Shown here: positions 9,553 through 18,619 of the stretch, one piece after another
Numbering within the stretch: the stretch's first letter is position 1
Layout of the letters: each line of letters starts with the position of its first letter
Source of the DNA: an uncultured Gemmatimonadales bacterium
Lineage (GTDB): Bacteria > Gemmatimonadota > Gemmatimonadetes > Longimicrobiales > Gaopeijiaceae
Length of the DNA: 64,000 bases
Assembly (NCBI GenBank): GCA_963809895.1
Contig: CAWELD010000004.1
Span: 160,001 to 224,000 of the forward strand
Reading direction: 5' to 3'
Position numbers and translations under genes: made by a program
The notes under the pieces: generated by a model
Told to the model about the DNA's origin: nothing
Databases searched by the model: none
The model's input: only the letters and a program-made list of their open reading frames with translations

Positions 9553-12500
9553 ATGGCCGACCCCACTCAGGACAGTGAGCGCTGGCGGCGGATCGACGCA
9601 CTTTTCGCCGCCGTGCTGGAGCGACCCGAAGGGGAGCGCGAGGCCTTTCTCGAGGCCGAGTGTGACGACCCTGAGCTCCGCCGCCAGGTGCGTCTTCTCC
9701 TGCGGGCCGAGGCGGAATCCCGCACGCATCTGGATCGGAGCATTCTGACTCCACGCGCGCTGATGGACGCGCTGGAAGAGGATCTGGACTCCGCGGATCC
9801 CACCCGTCCGGGGGCCGACGGCGGGGCCGACCGCACCGGAGAGCGCGTCGGCCCCTACGAGTTGGAGCGCCTCCTGGGCGAAGGGGGGATGGCCCGCGTC
9901 TATCTCGCCCGCCGTGTGGAGGGGGGATTCGAGCAGAAGGTCGCGGTGAAGCTGATTCGCGGGGGCCTGAGCTCAGCGGAGGTGGTGCGCCGCTTCCGCG
10001 CCGAGCGCGACATCCTGTCCGGGCTACGCCATCCCAACATCGCGCGGCTGCTGGACGGCGGCGCCACGGCGGACGGACAGCCGTACCTGGTCATGGAGCC
10101 GGTGGACGGGATTCCGGTGACCCGCTACACGGCCCGGCACGACCTCGATGTCGAGGCGACGCTCTGGGTCTTCCTGGAGATCTGTCAGGCCATCGCCTAC
10201 GCGCACCGAAACCTGGTCGTCCACCGTGACATCAAGCCGTCCAACATCCTCGTCACCGACGAGGGACGGGTCATGCTGCTGGACTTCGGCATCGCCAAGC
10301 TGCTGGACGACGACTCGGACGGCGACCTGACGCTGACGCGAGCCGCGTGGATGACCCCGGGCTACGGCGCGCCGGAGCAGATCCAGGGTGGGAGCGTCAC
10401 CACAGGCACCGACGTCTATCAACTCGGCGTCCTCCTCTACGAGCTGCTCAGCGGCCGACAGCCCTTCGACGTGGAGGGCCGTTCCACGTACGAGATCGCG
10501 CGCGCCATCTGCGAGCAGGACCCCCAGCGTCCGTCGGCGGTGGAAGGGGCCCGCGGCAAGCGCCTCGGTGGCGACCTCGACGCCATCGTCATGAAGGCGA
10601 TGCGCAAGGAGCCCGAAGAGCGCTACGCCTCGGTGGAGGCCATGGCGAGCGACGTGCGCCGCTACCTGACCGCCGAGCCCATCGAAGCCCGCAAGGGCAG
10701 CCGAGCGTATCGCGCCCGGAAGTTCGTGCGGCGGAACCGCGGGGCCGTGGCGGCCGCGGCCGGGTTCGCCCTGCTCCTGTCGGCCTACGCCGTGACGGCG
10801 ACGGTCCAGGGCCGGCGCATCGCCCGGGAGCGTGACCGGGCCCGCAACGAAACCGACAAGGCCACCCAGGTCACCGCCTTTCTCACGAGCCTCATGGAGG
10901 CCGACGACCCGCGCGAGGCGCAGGGGGACACGGTGACCGTGCGCGAGGTGCTGGAGCGAGGCGTCCAGCGTATCGGCGGCGAGTTGGGCGACCAGCCCGA
11001 CGTCCAGGCCGAGCTCTACCTCACCACGGGCTCGGTCTATCTGACCATGGGCGACCTGGTGGCTGCCGATTCCCTGCTGGGCCGCGCCCTGGAGATCCGA
11101 CGAGGCCTCTACGGCGAAGGCCCCGACGAGGAACTCGCCGAGGTGGAGGTGCAGCTGGGCCGATTGCGCATCGAGCAGGCGCGCTTCGACGAGGCGGAGA
11201 CGCTCATGCGCTCCGCGCTGGACCAGCGCCGGGCCCTCAACCCGGCCGGCAGCGAAGCCATCGCCGACGACATGGTGGAGCTGGCCAGCGTGCTTCGCCA
11301 ACGAGGGCACCACGACCGGGCCGAAGCGCTGTTCAAGGATGCGCTGGCCATGTACGAGGCCCTGGACGCCCCACCGCGAGCGTCCATCGCCATCACGCGG
11401 AACAACCTGGCCCTGTCGTATCACGAGCGGGGCCGACTCGCCGAGGCGATGCCGCTCTACGAGCAGGCGGTGGAGGAGCTCCTGGACACCCTCGGTCCGA
11501 AGCACCCGTACACGCTCATCCTGGAGCACAATCTGGCCGGGCTCAACCGGACTCTGGGACGGTACGCCACCGCCGATTCCCTCTTCGAGGCCGAAACGGC
11601 GGTGGAGCGAGAGGTACGGCCCGGCAGCCCGGACCTGGCAGCCGGCATCGCGAACCTGGGCATGACGCAGCGCCTGCGCGGCGAGTACCAGGCCGCGGAA
11701 GCCAGCCTCCGGGAGGCGCTGGACATCCTGCGGCCCCTGGGCCGGACCCACCCGTCGGTGACGCTCCGCATGACCAATCTGGCGCAGGTGTACATCGACG
11801 AGGGTCGCTTCGAGACCGCCGACTCCATCCTGCGCGACCTGCGTCGACGGCGGGTCGAGGCCGCGGGCCCCGACGGCGAGATCACGCCCATGGTACAGAC
11901 GGGTGTGATGTATCGTGACCAGGGGCGCTACGGCGAGGCGGAGCGCATCCTGCGTGAGGCGTTGGCCCGGCGAAGGCAGCAGTTCGACGCCCCCCATCCC
12001 GCCATCGCGGAGGCGGAGGAAGAGCTGGGCCTGACTCGCTGGGCCGCGGGAGACCTGACCGCGGCCGACAGCATCCTCCGGCAGGCGCTGGCCATGCGGC
12101 GAGCCCTCACCGACGACCCCTTCGCCGCCGCCGAGCTCATGACCTGGATGGCCGACCTGGAGCGGGAGCGCGGTGAGCTGGACGAGGCGGACCACCTGCT
12201 GAACGGTGTGGACAGCCTGACCGCCGAGGTCCCTCCAGGCACCGTGTACCGTGCCAAGCTCGACTTCGGGCGAGCCCGCGTCATGCTGGCCCGGGGGCAG
12301 GCACAGGAGGCGTTGGACCTGTTGGAGGCCATCCGCCCGTGGTACGAGCGCCAGTACACCCGCCAGCACCCCGGGCGGGCCGAGATGCTGGGTGTCGAGG
12401 GCGAGGCCCTGGCCGCGCTGGGCCGGCTGCAGGACGCCGAGCCGCTCCTCATGGCCAGCGACTCGGTGCTCAGCCACGGCACGCCGAGAGAACGCCGCCT

Positions 12501-12573
12501 GTCGGCGGAGCGGATGGAGCGCTACCGGGCCGCCCTCAGCGCCCCGCAGGGCGGGTCCACGCCACGATCGTGA
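9553..12573 (+). CDS. Hanks-type Ser/Thr kinase with TM helix and extracellular TPR repeats
   Basis: ERWRRIDALF N-term, LGEGGMARVY, VAVK, HRDIKPSN, DFG, APE; TM; repeats like NNLALSY..G..AEA. Confidence 0.93.
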   Translation: MADPTQDSERWRRIDALFAAVLERPEGEREAFLEAECDDPELRRQVRLLLRAEAESRTHLDRSILTPRALMDALEEDLDSADPTRPGADGGADRTGERVGPYELERLLGEGGMARVYLARRVEGGFEQKVAVKLIRGGLSSAEVVRRFRAERDILSGLRHPNIARLLDGGATADGQPYLVMEPVDGIPVTRYTARHDLDVEATLWVFLEICQAIAYAHRNLVVHRDIKPSNILVTDEGRVMLLDFGIAKLLDDDSDGDLTLTRAAWMTPGYGAPEQIQGGSVTTGTDVYQLGVLLYELLSGRQPFDVEGRSTYEIARAICEQDPQRPSAVEGARGKRLGGDLDAIVMKAMRKEPEERYASVEAMASDVRRYLTAEPIEARKGSRAYRARKFVRRNRGAVAAAAGFALLLSAYAVTATVQGRRIARERDRARNETDKATQVTAFLTSLMEADDPREAQGDTVTVREVLERGVQRIGGELGDQPDVQAELYLTTGSVYLTMGDLVAADSLLGRALEIRRGLYGEGPDEELAEVEVQLGRLRIEQARFDEAETLMRSALDQRRALNPAGSEAIADDMVELASVLRQRGHHDRAEALFKDALAMYEALDAPPRASIAITRNNLALSYHERGRLAEAMPLYEQAVEELLDTLGPKHPYTLILEHNLAGLNRTLGRYATADSLFEAETAVEREVRPGSPDLAAGIANLGMTQRLRGEYQAAEASLREALDILRPLGRTHPSVTLRMTNLAQVYIDEGRFETADSILRDLRRRRVEAAGPDGEITPMVQTGVMYRDQGRYGEAERILREALARRRQQFDAPHPAIAEAEEELGLTRWAAGDLTAADSILRQALAMRRALTDDPFAAAELMTWMADLERERGELDEADHLLNGVDSLTAEVPPGTVYRAKLDFGRARVMLARGQAQEALDLLEAIRPWYERQYTRQHPGRAEMLGVEGEALAALGRLQDAEPLLMASDSVLSHGTPRERRLSAERMERYRAALSAPQGGSTPRS

Positions 12574-12576
12574 CGC
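12520..12576 (+). repeat. 57-bp direct repeat copy A (3' end of kinase gene)
   Basis: cgctaccgggccgccctcagcgccccgcagggcgggtccacgccacgatcgtgacgc; matches 12905-12960 with 1 indel and 2 substitutions. Confidence 0.9.
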
Positions 12577-12615
12577 CCATAACGCCATGGTGCCGCCCGC
12601 ACCGTCATGCGTTGT

Positions 12616-12803
12616 TGAGGCGAGGATGTCGCTCCGGTGCGACTCGAGGGGTCGTCCGCGACAGTTCGCCGATTCAACTCGCTGAGCGAGTCGTGCTCGA
12701 CATGTCGACGAACCGGCCCACCACGCTTCTACGGATTCAACTCGCTCAGCGAGTCAAATCGGCCAATTGTCATCCAGGGGGCCTCCAGTGGCCCGTACGC
12801 GTC
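12616..12803. repeat. Symmetric REPIN/MITE-like element, copy 1
   Basis: Palindromes GATTCAACTCGCT(G/C)AGCGAGTC at 12671-12692 and 12734-12755; inverted ends TGCGACTCGAGGGG / GGGCCTCCAGTGGCC; homologous to 44729-44915. Confidence 0.85.
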
Positions 12804-12904
12804 ACCTGCGCCGCGACCGACCTGTGCGGTATCGGCTCCCCCTGGACCCCCTCCTGCTGGCGCTCTCGTCCGGACTCATCCTCGCTGTGGTCGGTCCCGC
12901 GCTC

Positions 12905-12960
12905 CGCTACCGGGCCGCCTCAACGCCCCGCAGGCCGGGTCCACGCCACGATCGTGACGC
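12905..12960 (+). repeat. 56-bp direct repeat copy B (overlaps 3' end of convergent gene)
   Basis: cgctaccgggccgcctcaacgccccgcaggccgggtccacgccacgatcgtgacgc. Confidence 0.9.
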
Positions 12961-13675
12961 AGGGGCTACCGGCAGGGTCGTAGAACTCGGCCGGCGTCTC
13001 CAGCGCCTTGTAGACTTCCACGGCCTCCAACTCCCAGCCCGGCAACTCCTTGAGCTCGAGTTGGCTCCAGGCCTTGTTCCGCTCGACGCCGTCGACCCAG
13101 ACCTTCGGTTGGCACGTCCCGCCCCGGAAGCGCAGGAGGACGTCGCCCAGCCCCGATGAGCGGGTGTTGCGCACGTGAATGCCCGGGACCTCGCGCAGCA
13201 CGTCACCCAGATTGCGGGGGTGCAGGAGCTCGAGTTGATCGCGGGTGAAGAAGCGACCGAAAGCGACCTCGCGGCGGTACTCGAAGCCCTGCATCTGGCG
13301 CAGCCGACGCGACGGGCGCACGGTCACCTCGATGGGATCCAGCGCCAGCGCCTCCACCGAGACGCGGATCTCGACCTGCACGCTCCTGGCGGCCACGAGT
13401 TGGACCGCCACCTCCCGGTCCTCGTACGCGAGATGGGAGACCGACACGACGGCCGCTCCCGGCGCAAGCTCTTCGAAGGCGAAGAAGCCGCTGACGGAGG
13501 TGAGCACGGAGCGCTCACCCACATGCACCTCCGCCCCTTCCACCGGAGCTCCGGTGGCTTCGTCCAGCACGTGGCCATAGAGCGACGCCGAGCGGTCCGG
13601 CGCCTCCTGGGGCCGAGCGTGCGCGGGCGCGGCCAGGATCAGGGCTCCGGCGACAACGAGACTGTATCGCAGCAT
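12920..13675 (-). CDS. Carboxypeptidase-regulatory-like domain + TonB plug-like domain protein (no barrel)
   Basis: Signal peptide; GHVLDEATGAPVEGAEV; DVLREVPGI, CQPKVWVDG, EAVEVYK, CVTIVAWTR. Confidence 0.8.
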   Translation of the reverse strand: MLRYSLVVAGALILAAPAHARPQEAPDRSASLYGHVLDEATGAPVEGAEVHVGERSVLTSVSGFFAFEELAPGAAVVSVSHLAYEDREVAVQLVAARSVQVEIRVSVEALALDPIEVTVRPSRRLRQMQGFEYRREVAFGRFFTRDQLELLHPRNLGDVLREVPGIHVRNTRSSGLGDVLLRFRGGTCQPKVWVDGVERNKAWSQLELKELPGWELEAVEVYKALETPAEFYDPAGSPCVTIVAWTRPAGR

Positions 13676-13799
13676 CGGCCCTCCCGATGGATCTTTCGGG
13701 TGGTTTGCCTCTATAGACGTGGCCCGGGTAGTTTCCTTTCATCCCTCCCGCGGGTCGCTGTCGCTACCCGGCCGTCCGGCCACGCCAAACGATCGAGCC

Positions 13800-14999
13800 A
13801 TGAGCAGTCACGACCGCACACCGTTCCCCGCCGTCAGGATCCCCTACGGCACCTGGGGCAGCAGCTACTTCCCGGCCTGGCAGACCTCGGCCCTGGCCGA
13901 AGTCAACATCGGTCAGTTCGCGGGTGAATCCATGGCCCGCATCCTGGGCCTCCGGGGGGTGCCCAAGAGCGAGCTCGAGTATCTCGTCATCGGCTCCACC
14001 ATCCCCTGGCACTGGAAGTTCTGGACCGCGCCGCTGGTGGCGAGCTGCATGGGTCACCGCATTCCCGGCTACCACGTGGAGCAGGCCTGTGCCACGGGGC
14101 TGCAGGCGGTACTGGCTGGAAGCGGTGAGGTCCAGTCCGGTGCCAACGACGTGGTGGGCGTGCTCACCTTCGACCGCACAAGCGACTCGCCGGTGGGCGT
14201 CTTCCCCGAGCGCCGAGCCCACGAGCGCACCCAGGCCATCGCCGACGTGTGGGACAACTTCGGCTTCGACCCGGCCACGGGCAAAGCCATGATCACCGCC
14301 GCCGGCATCACGGCCCGCAAGTACAAGGTGGACCGCGAGGAGACCGACGACGTGGCGTACCTGCGCCATCAACAGTACTTCCAGGCCCGCGACTCGGGCT
14401 TCCTGGACCGGGTGCTGGTGCCCTTCGACGTGCTCAACGTGTCGGGACGGCCCCTGGGACGCGTGGACGACGACGTGGGTGTGCGCCAGGTGACGCGCGC
14501 GGGTCTGAAGGCGCAGCGGGAGCTGGACACCTGCGTCACCAGCGGTACCCAGACCCATGCCTCCGACGGCGTGGCCACCCTCCTGGTCACCACCGAAGAC
14601 AAGGCCCGCGAGCTGAGCCCCCGCCCGGAGATCGACATCCGCATCCTGGGCAAGGCCGAGACCCGCACGGAGCCGAGCCTCATGCCCGAGGCCCCGGCGT
14701 TGGCGGTCCAGAAGCTGCTGACCCGGCTCGGCATGACCATGGACGACGTGGCGGTGGCCAAGAACCACAATCCCTTCGCCGTCAACGACGTGGTCTTCAC
14801 CAGGATCACCGGCTACGACTGGCGTGGGCTCAACAACACGGGCTGCTCCCTGGTCTGGGGCCATCCCCAGGGACCCACCCTGACCCGGGTGGTCATCGAG
14901 GGACTCGAAGAAGCCGTGGATCTGGGGGGAGGCAACGTCCTGGTGTTCGGATGCGCCGCGGGCGACGTGGGCATCGCCGCCCTCTTCCAGGTCTCGTGA
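13800..14999 (+). CDS. Thiolase family acyl-CoA acetyltransferase (HNPF variant)
   Basis: EQACATGL, THASDG, KNHNPFA, WGHPQGPT, GCAAGDVG. Confidence 0.88.
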   Translation: MSSHDRTPFPAVRIPYGTWGSSYFPAWQTSALAEVNIGQFAGESMARILGLRGVPKSELEYLVIGSTIPWHWKFWTAPLVASCMGHRIPGYHVEQACATGLQAVLAGSGEVQSGANDVVGVLTFDRTSDSPVGVFPERRAHERTQAIADVWDNFGFDPATGKAMITAAGITARKYKVDREETDDVAYLRHQQYFQARDSGFLDRVLVPFDVLNVSGRPLGRVDDDVGVRQVTRAGLKAQRELDTCVTSGTQTHASDGVATLLVTTEDKARELSPRPEIDIRILGKAETRTEPSLMPEAPALAVQKLLTRLGMTMDDVAVAKNHNPFAVNDVVFTRITGYDWRGLNNTGCSLVWGHPQGPTLTRVVIEGLEEAVDLGGGNVLVFGCAAGDVGIAALFQVS

Positions 15000-15012
15000 G
15001 GAGAATCGGACC

Positions 15013-17144
15013 ATGGTGAAGACTCAGGAGCAACCGACCCGCGAGGCCGCCGCCGTCACCAGCATGCGGCAGCCCACCCTGGCCACCCTGGGCCTGGGCA
15101 CCGTGCTGGACATCTTCCGCAACGGCGCTCTGCCCGCCGACGCCGCCGCGCTCATCGACGAGGTCTTCGGACCACCCGACGCCCGGGGCGCCATGGTCAT
15201 CTCCGGCGCCAACGGCATCGTGGGCGCCGGCAAGACCATGCAGTTCTCGGCGCGGCTCGAGCCCTTCGGCGTGCCCGTGGTGGCGCTGGACTTCCCCGGC
15301 GCGCCCGACGGCATCGGACGACAGTATCCCGGACTCGTGCGCGGCTTCGGCAAGGAGGGCGCCGACCGCATCATGGCCAACGTGGTGCGCCTCACCTACG
15401 ACGGGCGCACGCTGCCCGACGAGCTCCAGGCGCTGAGGCCCCGCTTCCTCCTGGAGGCCGTCCCCGAGATCCTCGAGGTGAAGCGGGCCCACTACGCCAT
15501 CTTCCGCGAGTCCTTCCCGGACATCGAGATCCGCTCGGTCACGTCGGGCTTTCCGAGCTCGGAGCTGGGAGTGGGGATCGCCCATCCGGCCTTTCCCCAC
15601 GAGATCAACAAGATCTTCGAGGTGGTGGAGGACGAGCCGTCGGCGGTGACGCAGCTCCTGTGGGCGCTGGGACTCGTCCCCCTGCCCGTGGGCGATCAGT
15701 GGTCCTTCATTCTGGACGTGCTCTTCTGCGGCGTGACGCTGGCGGGACTGCGCTATCACCGCGCCAGCAACATGCCCTTCTGGAAGATCGACAAGCTCAT
15801 CCGGAAGCTGGTGGGGCCCAACCCCTTCCGGGCCCACGACGCCATCGGCGCCAAGGGTGCGGACTTCCTCACCTGGTCGTGCCTGCACCATCTGGCCGGG
15901 ACCTACGGCGAGCTCTTCACGCCCACGCCCGAGCTCGTCGAACGCAAGGATACGGGGCAGGACTGGTATCCCCCCAACCACTTCCGGCCCCTGGTGGACT
16001 GGAGCCTGGAATCCGGGGCCGAAGAGGAGTTCCGGGCCTGGATCCTCGGACCCCTCTACCAGATGACCAGCCTCATGCTGCACGAAGATCGGGGCCACCT
16101 CACCCACATGAACGCCATCGGCGAGCTGTGCGCCCAGTTCCGGCAGCGGCATCCTCGCCATGATGCGCGACGAGGGCCCCGACGCCGTGGTCGCCACCGT
16201 GGAGCGCTACCACGAGCTGCATCCGGCGGCCGCCGAGGGGGATTCCTGGTATCCCGACGCGGTGCAGCGACATGGACTCGCCCGAGTGGCAGCAGCTCTA
16301 CGTCAACGCCGAGCACGACGGCACAGTGGGCGTGGTCACGCTCAGCCGCGAGAGCTACTACTGGGACGTCGATGGCGAGCTCAATCGGGCGCTGGATTGG
16401 CTCCGCGACGAAGGCATCGAGCGCGTCATCGTCACCGGTGACTTCCACATCTCCACCCAGATGGTGGGCGCCGACACCGCCGAGTTCTTCCCGGCGTTGG
16501 AAGACGTCGAGGCCGGGCGGGCCATCACCAACGGCTGGTCGCGGACCGCCCGCCGCCTCAATGACGACTTCCAGGTGTCGGTGGCCATGATCCCCGGCAA
16601 GCGCTGTCTCGGGGGGATGCTCGAGCTGCTCATGCACTGCCACTACCTGGTGGCGGTGGAGGACACGCGCCTGGGGTGGCCCGAGGTCACGCTACCCGTG
16701 GTCCCGGGGATGGAGGGCTGCCACTGGGCCCTGCGCAGGGCGCCCGAGGAGGCCTGGCCGCGTCTGCTCCGCATGCTTCTCACCGGACGCCCCGTTTCGG
16801 CCACCGACGCCGTGGGCTGGCTCGCCGACGCCGCGCTGCCGCTGAAGGAGGCGGTGGGCCTGGCCTGGCGCCTCGCTCGCGGAGACGACGACGGTGTGGC
16901 GAAGCGCCCGCTGCGCGAGGAGCCCCTGGGGGCCATCGAGTGGCCCGAAGGACTGCCGGAAGCGGACAGCCCCGCCATGGCGGCGGCCCGGGAAGCCATC
17001 CTCGACTGTGCCAGACAGGCCGGGGGCGTGTCGCTGGCCGATGCGTTGGAGCTGCAGGCGCGGCTGGCCGCGGACTTCCTGGCGGGCCCGGTGTGCCGCC
17101 AGGGAGCTGTGGGCGCCGAATACGCGAAGACGATGAAGGTCTGA
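15013..17144 (+). CDS. 3-hydroxyacyl-CoA dehydrogenase / enoyl-CoA hydratase fusion (+1 frameshifts near 16145 and 16265)
   Basis: ISGANGIVGAG, LEAVPEILEVK, SVTSGF; C-part CLGGMLEL, LGWPEVTLPVVPG; pieces in ORFs 15013, 16160 and 16272. Confidence 0.8.
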
Positions 17145-17250
17145 AAGCAGCGGAGCGGCTGCGACTCGCCCAGCTCCACCGGCACGGATCGTGCGCGCCC
17201 GTTCGGGGCTAGCATAGAAGCGAGGCCTTCTTCACCTGGACGGCGACACC

Positions 17251-18102
17251 ATGGACGATCGACGAGACACTCCCGGAGGCCCGCAGGACCAGCCTCTCTT
17301 CGAGTCCGCGCGCCGCAGGCGCCAGTCCCGCAGGTCCCCCGTGGCCGCCATCGTGGGGCTCATCGTCGTGCTGGTGCTGGGGGGATTGGGATGGTGGTGG
17401 TATCGCTCGCAAGGTGGCGAGCCCGGTCCGACGGGACCGCTGGCGGCCGACACCATGGACACCTCCATGGCCGAGGCCCCGGAGGCGCCGCCGCTGGACC
17501 TCCCGGAGCTGGACGCCAGCGACGAGCTCGTCCGCAGGCTCGTATCGGGGTTGTCGGCACGCCCGCAGTTGGCGTCGTGGGTCGTCACCGACGATCTGGT
17601 CCGCCGCTTCGTCATCTCCGTGGTGAACGTGGCGCAGGGCCAGAGCCCCGCCTCGCATCTGCCCTTCCTGGCGCCGGCGGATTCGTTCCGTGTCCTCACC
17701 GGCAACGGCAGCTTGTTGGTGGACTCGGCTTCGTTTCACCGCTACGACCTGCTGGCCGAGACGCTCGTCTCGCTGGACACGCGGGGCACCGCTCGCCTGT
17801 ATCATCAGCTCCTGCCGCTCATGCAGGAGGCGTACGGCGAGCTCGGCATCCCGGACCAGAGCTTTCAGGAGACGCTGGCGCTGGCGTTCGGGCGCCTGCT
17901 GGACGTTCAGGTCCCCGAGGGCCCGGTGGAGCTGACCCCCACCGGCGCCGTGTACGGCTTCTCCGACCCGCAGCTGGAAGCCATGACCCCGGTGGAGAAA
18001 CAGATGCTCCGCCTGGGCCCGGCCAATGCGCGCCGGGTCCAGGCGAAGCTCCGTCAGCTGGCGAACGCCATGGGCGTGACGCCGGTGACGCCCGAGGGCT
18101 GA
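17251..18102 (+). CDS. DUF3014-like membrane-anchored protein
   Basis: TM ending WWWY; LPELDASD, DLVRRFV, SFHRYD, AYGELG, FSDPQLE, KQMLRLGP. Confidence 0.82.
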   Translation: MDDRRDTPGGPQDQPLFESARRRRQSRRSPVAAIVGLIVVLVLGGLGWWWYRSQGGEPGPTGPLAADTMDTSMAEAPEAPPLDLPELDASDELVRRLVSGLSARPQLASWVVTDDLVRRFVISVVNVAQGQSPASHLPFLAPADSFRVLTGNGSLLVDSASFHRYDLLAETLVSLDTRGTARLYHQLLPLMQEAYGELGIPDQSFQETLALAFGRLLDVQVPEGPVELTPTGAVYGFSDPQLEAMTPVEKQMLRLGPANARRVQAKLRQLANAMGVTPVTPEG

Positions 18103-18107
18103 GGGGC

Positions 18108-18144
18108 CGGGAAGACCCATGGTGACGTCCTTCCCGCATTTTTT
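18108..18144 (+). terminator. Possible intrinsic terminator
   Basis: CGGGAAG...CTTCCCG stem followed by CATTTTTT after the DUF3014 stop. Confidence 0.35.
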
Positions 18145-18156
18145 CCTTGCGCCCCA

Positions 18157-18181
18157 GGTGTACTAGGCACCATAGTACGCC
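18157..18181. promoter_or_regulatory. YtrA-type GntR operator overlapping a probable leaderless promoter
   Basis: GGTGTACTA-N7-TAGTACGCC immediately before ATG 18183; TTGCGC-N18-CATAGT. Confidence 0.7.
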
Positions 18182-18182
18182 T

Positions 18183-18605
18183 ATGCTTCCCTTCGACGTC
18201 GATCTCAAGCCAGGCCAGTCGCCCTATCGGCAAGTCGTGTACGCCGCCACGAAGGCGGTCGTGTCCGGTGAGCTGTCGCCCGGGGCCCCCTTTCCCTCGG
18301 TCCGGGTTCTGAGCCAGGCCCTGAAGGTGAATCCGAACACCGCCCACAAGGTGGTGGCGGAGTTGGTGCGGGCTGGGCTCCTGGAGGTGCTGCCCGGAGT
18401 AGGAACGGTCGTGGCGGAGTGGGGGCCCGCCTCACCCCAGGAGCGCCGCGCGCTCCTCTCGGAAGAGGTGGAGCGTCTCCTCGTGGAGGCGAAGCGACTG
18501 GGCTTGAGCCAGCGGGAGGTGCTGGACGCGGTGGCGGGCCGTTGGGAGGAGCTGTTCGGAGATTCCATCGGCGCCGGCCCCTCCGAGGCCGCCGCGGCGA
18601 GCTGA
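18183..18605 (+). CDS. GntR (YtrA subfamily) regulator
   Basis: SPYRQV, GELSPGAPFPSVRVLSQALKVNPNTAHK, PGVGTVV; short C-domain. Confidence 0.9.
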   Translation: MLPFDVDLKPGQSPYRQVVYAATKAVVSGELSPGAPFPSVRVLSQALKVNPNTAHKVVAELVRAGLLEVLPGVGTVVAEWGPASPQERRALLSEEVERLLVEAKRLGLSQREVLDAVAGRWEELFGDSIGAGPSEAAAAS

Positions 18606-18619
18606 GGAGGGCGCTCAGC

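Noticed and set aside
10024..12588. Long antisense and alternative-frame ORFs (e.g. 10024..12588-, 38710..41505+, 45014..47419-, 3343..5382-)
   Set aside because: Shadow ORFs expected in high-GC DNA opposite well-supported genes; no motifs
12671..12755. Mini CRISPR array (22-bp repeats with ~40-bp spacers), also at 44784-44867
   Set aside because: Only two repeats per locus, the 'spacers' of the two loci are homologous, flanks are inverted repeats, and there are no cas genes
12616..12803. Integron attC site
   Set aside because: No RYYYAAC/GTTRRRY ends in the right geometry, no integrase, no cassette array
12637..12957. Short ORFs across the repeat elements (RFNSLSES / IQLAERV peptides; also 44716..45126)
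   Set aside because: Translations of the palindromic DNA; conservation is at nucleotide-symmetry level, with differing spacing between copies
15013..17144. Programmed frameshifting or split HAD and ECH genes
   Set aside because: No slippery heptamer; matches the window-wide pattern of single-base indels
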